Source of the DNA: Octopus bimaculoides
Taxonomy: Eukaryota
Assembly: GCF_001194135.2 (NCBI RefSeq)
Contig: NC_068991.1
Coordinates: forward strand, 56,193,354 to 56,257,101
DNA: 63,748 nucleotides
Direction of reading: 5' to 3'
Shown: positions 63,389 through 63,748 of the stretch, in pieces
Position numbering within the stretch: the first letter of the stretch is position 1
How the letters are laid out: every line of letters starts with the position of its first letter
Notes under the pieces: model-generated
The model's database searches: none
Told to the model about the DNA's origin: nothing
The model's input: the letters and a program-made list of their open reading frames with translations, nothing else
Position numbers and translations under genes: made by a program

Positions 63389-63433
63389 ACAGTGACTTCG
63401 AAGTTTCGGCCAGTTGAGCCATCATCAGACAGC
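63389..63433 (-). ncRNA. Type I hammerhead ribozyme motif (Penelope-type), partly decayed stem I, GUC cleavage triplet
   Basis: Minus strand: GCTGT-CTGATGA-T-GGCT-CAACT-GGCC-GAA-ACTTCGAAGT-C-ACTGT. Stem III is a 10-nt palindrome; stem I has one U-U mismatch and one G-U pair. Confidence 0.65.
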
Positions 63434-63516
63434 AAGTCTGTTGATGGGTTAAAAGGCTGTAACTTTGAAGTTACTGTTCATAATATTCTTGTTTAAGAAT
63501 AAAAGGATTTATATAT

Positions 63517-63702
63517 AGGAGTGGCTGTGTGGTAAGTAACTTGCTTACCAACCACATAGTTCCGGGTTCAGTCCTACTGCGTGGCACCTTGGGCAAGTGT
63601 CTTCTACTATAGCCTAGAGCCGACCAAAGCCTTGTGAGTGGATTTGGTAATCGGAAACTGAAAGAAGCCCGTCATAGAAAAATGTGTATATATACACACA
63701 CA

Positions 63703-63748
<46 letters not shown>
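63517..63748 (+). mobile_element. SINE family A copy, young, cut by the window end
   Basis: aggagtggctgtgtggtaagtaacttgcttaccaaccac...ccgggttcagtcc head with retained CpGs. Confidence 0.8.

Overview
AT-rich, microsatellite-dense animal genomic DNA from a gapped short-read assembly. The repeat content (tRNA-derived SINEs with internal (TA)n/(TG)n tracts, (TAA)n- and (GAT)n-tailed elements) points to Octopus; the species assignment is inference. One protein-coding gene runs through the window on the minus strand: an LRIG-family (LRIG1/2/3, Drosophila lambik-like) type I membrane protein. I mapped 13 GT-AG exons by hand (59907 down to 6037), encoding about 13 LRRs, LRRCT, three Ig domains, the TM helix and the start of the cytoplasmic tail. 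Splice phases are consistent throughout, apart from an N-gap inside the Ig2 exon; the first and last exons were not found in the window. The introns are filled with several modular SINE families (my labels A, B, C, D, G, I), MITEs (piggyBac-, Tc1/mariner-, hAT-like) and LINE remnants (R4/Dong-like, RTE-like). The most unusual object is a 367-bp insertion at 6324-6690 with a 15-bp target-site duplication. It joins a tRNA-type Pol III promoter to a complete minimal type I hammerhead ribozyme of the Penelope type and carries an inverted partial copy of its own tail: a candidate Pol III-driven, ribozyme-bearing SINE/retrozyme. A second, unrelated hammerhead motif lies at 63389-63433, in sense to the LRIG pre-mRNA. 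All structures were read by eye; no folding or database search was run, and repeat boundaries are approximate unless a TSD is given.
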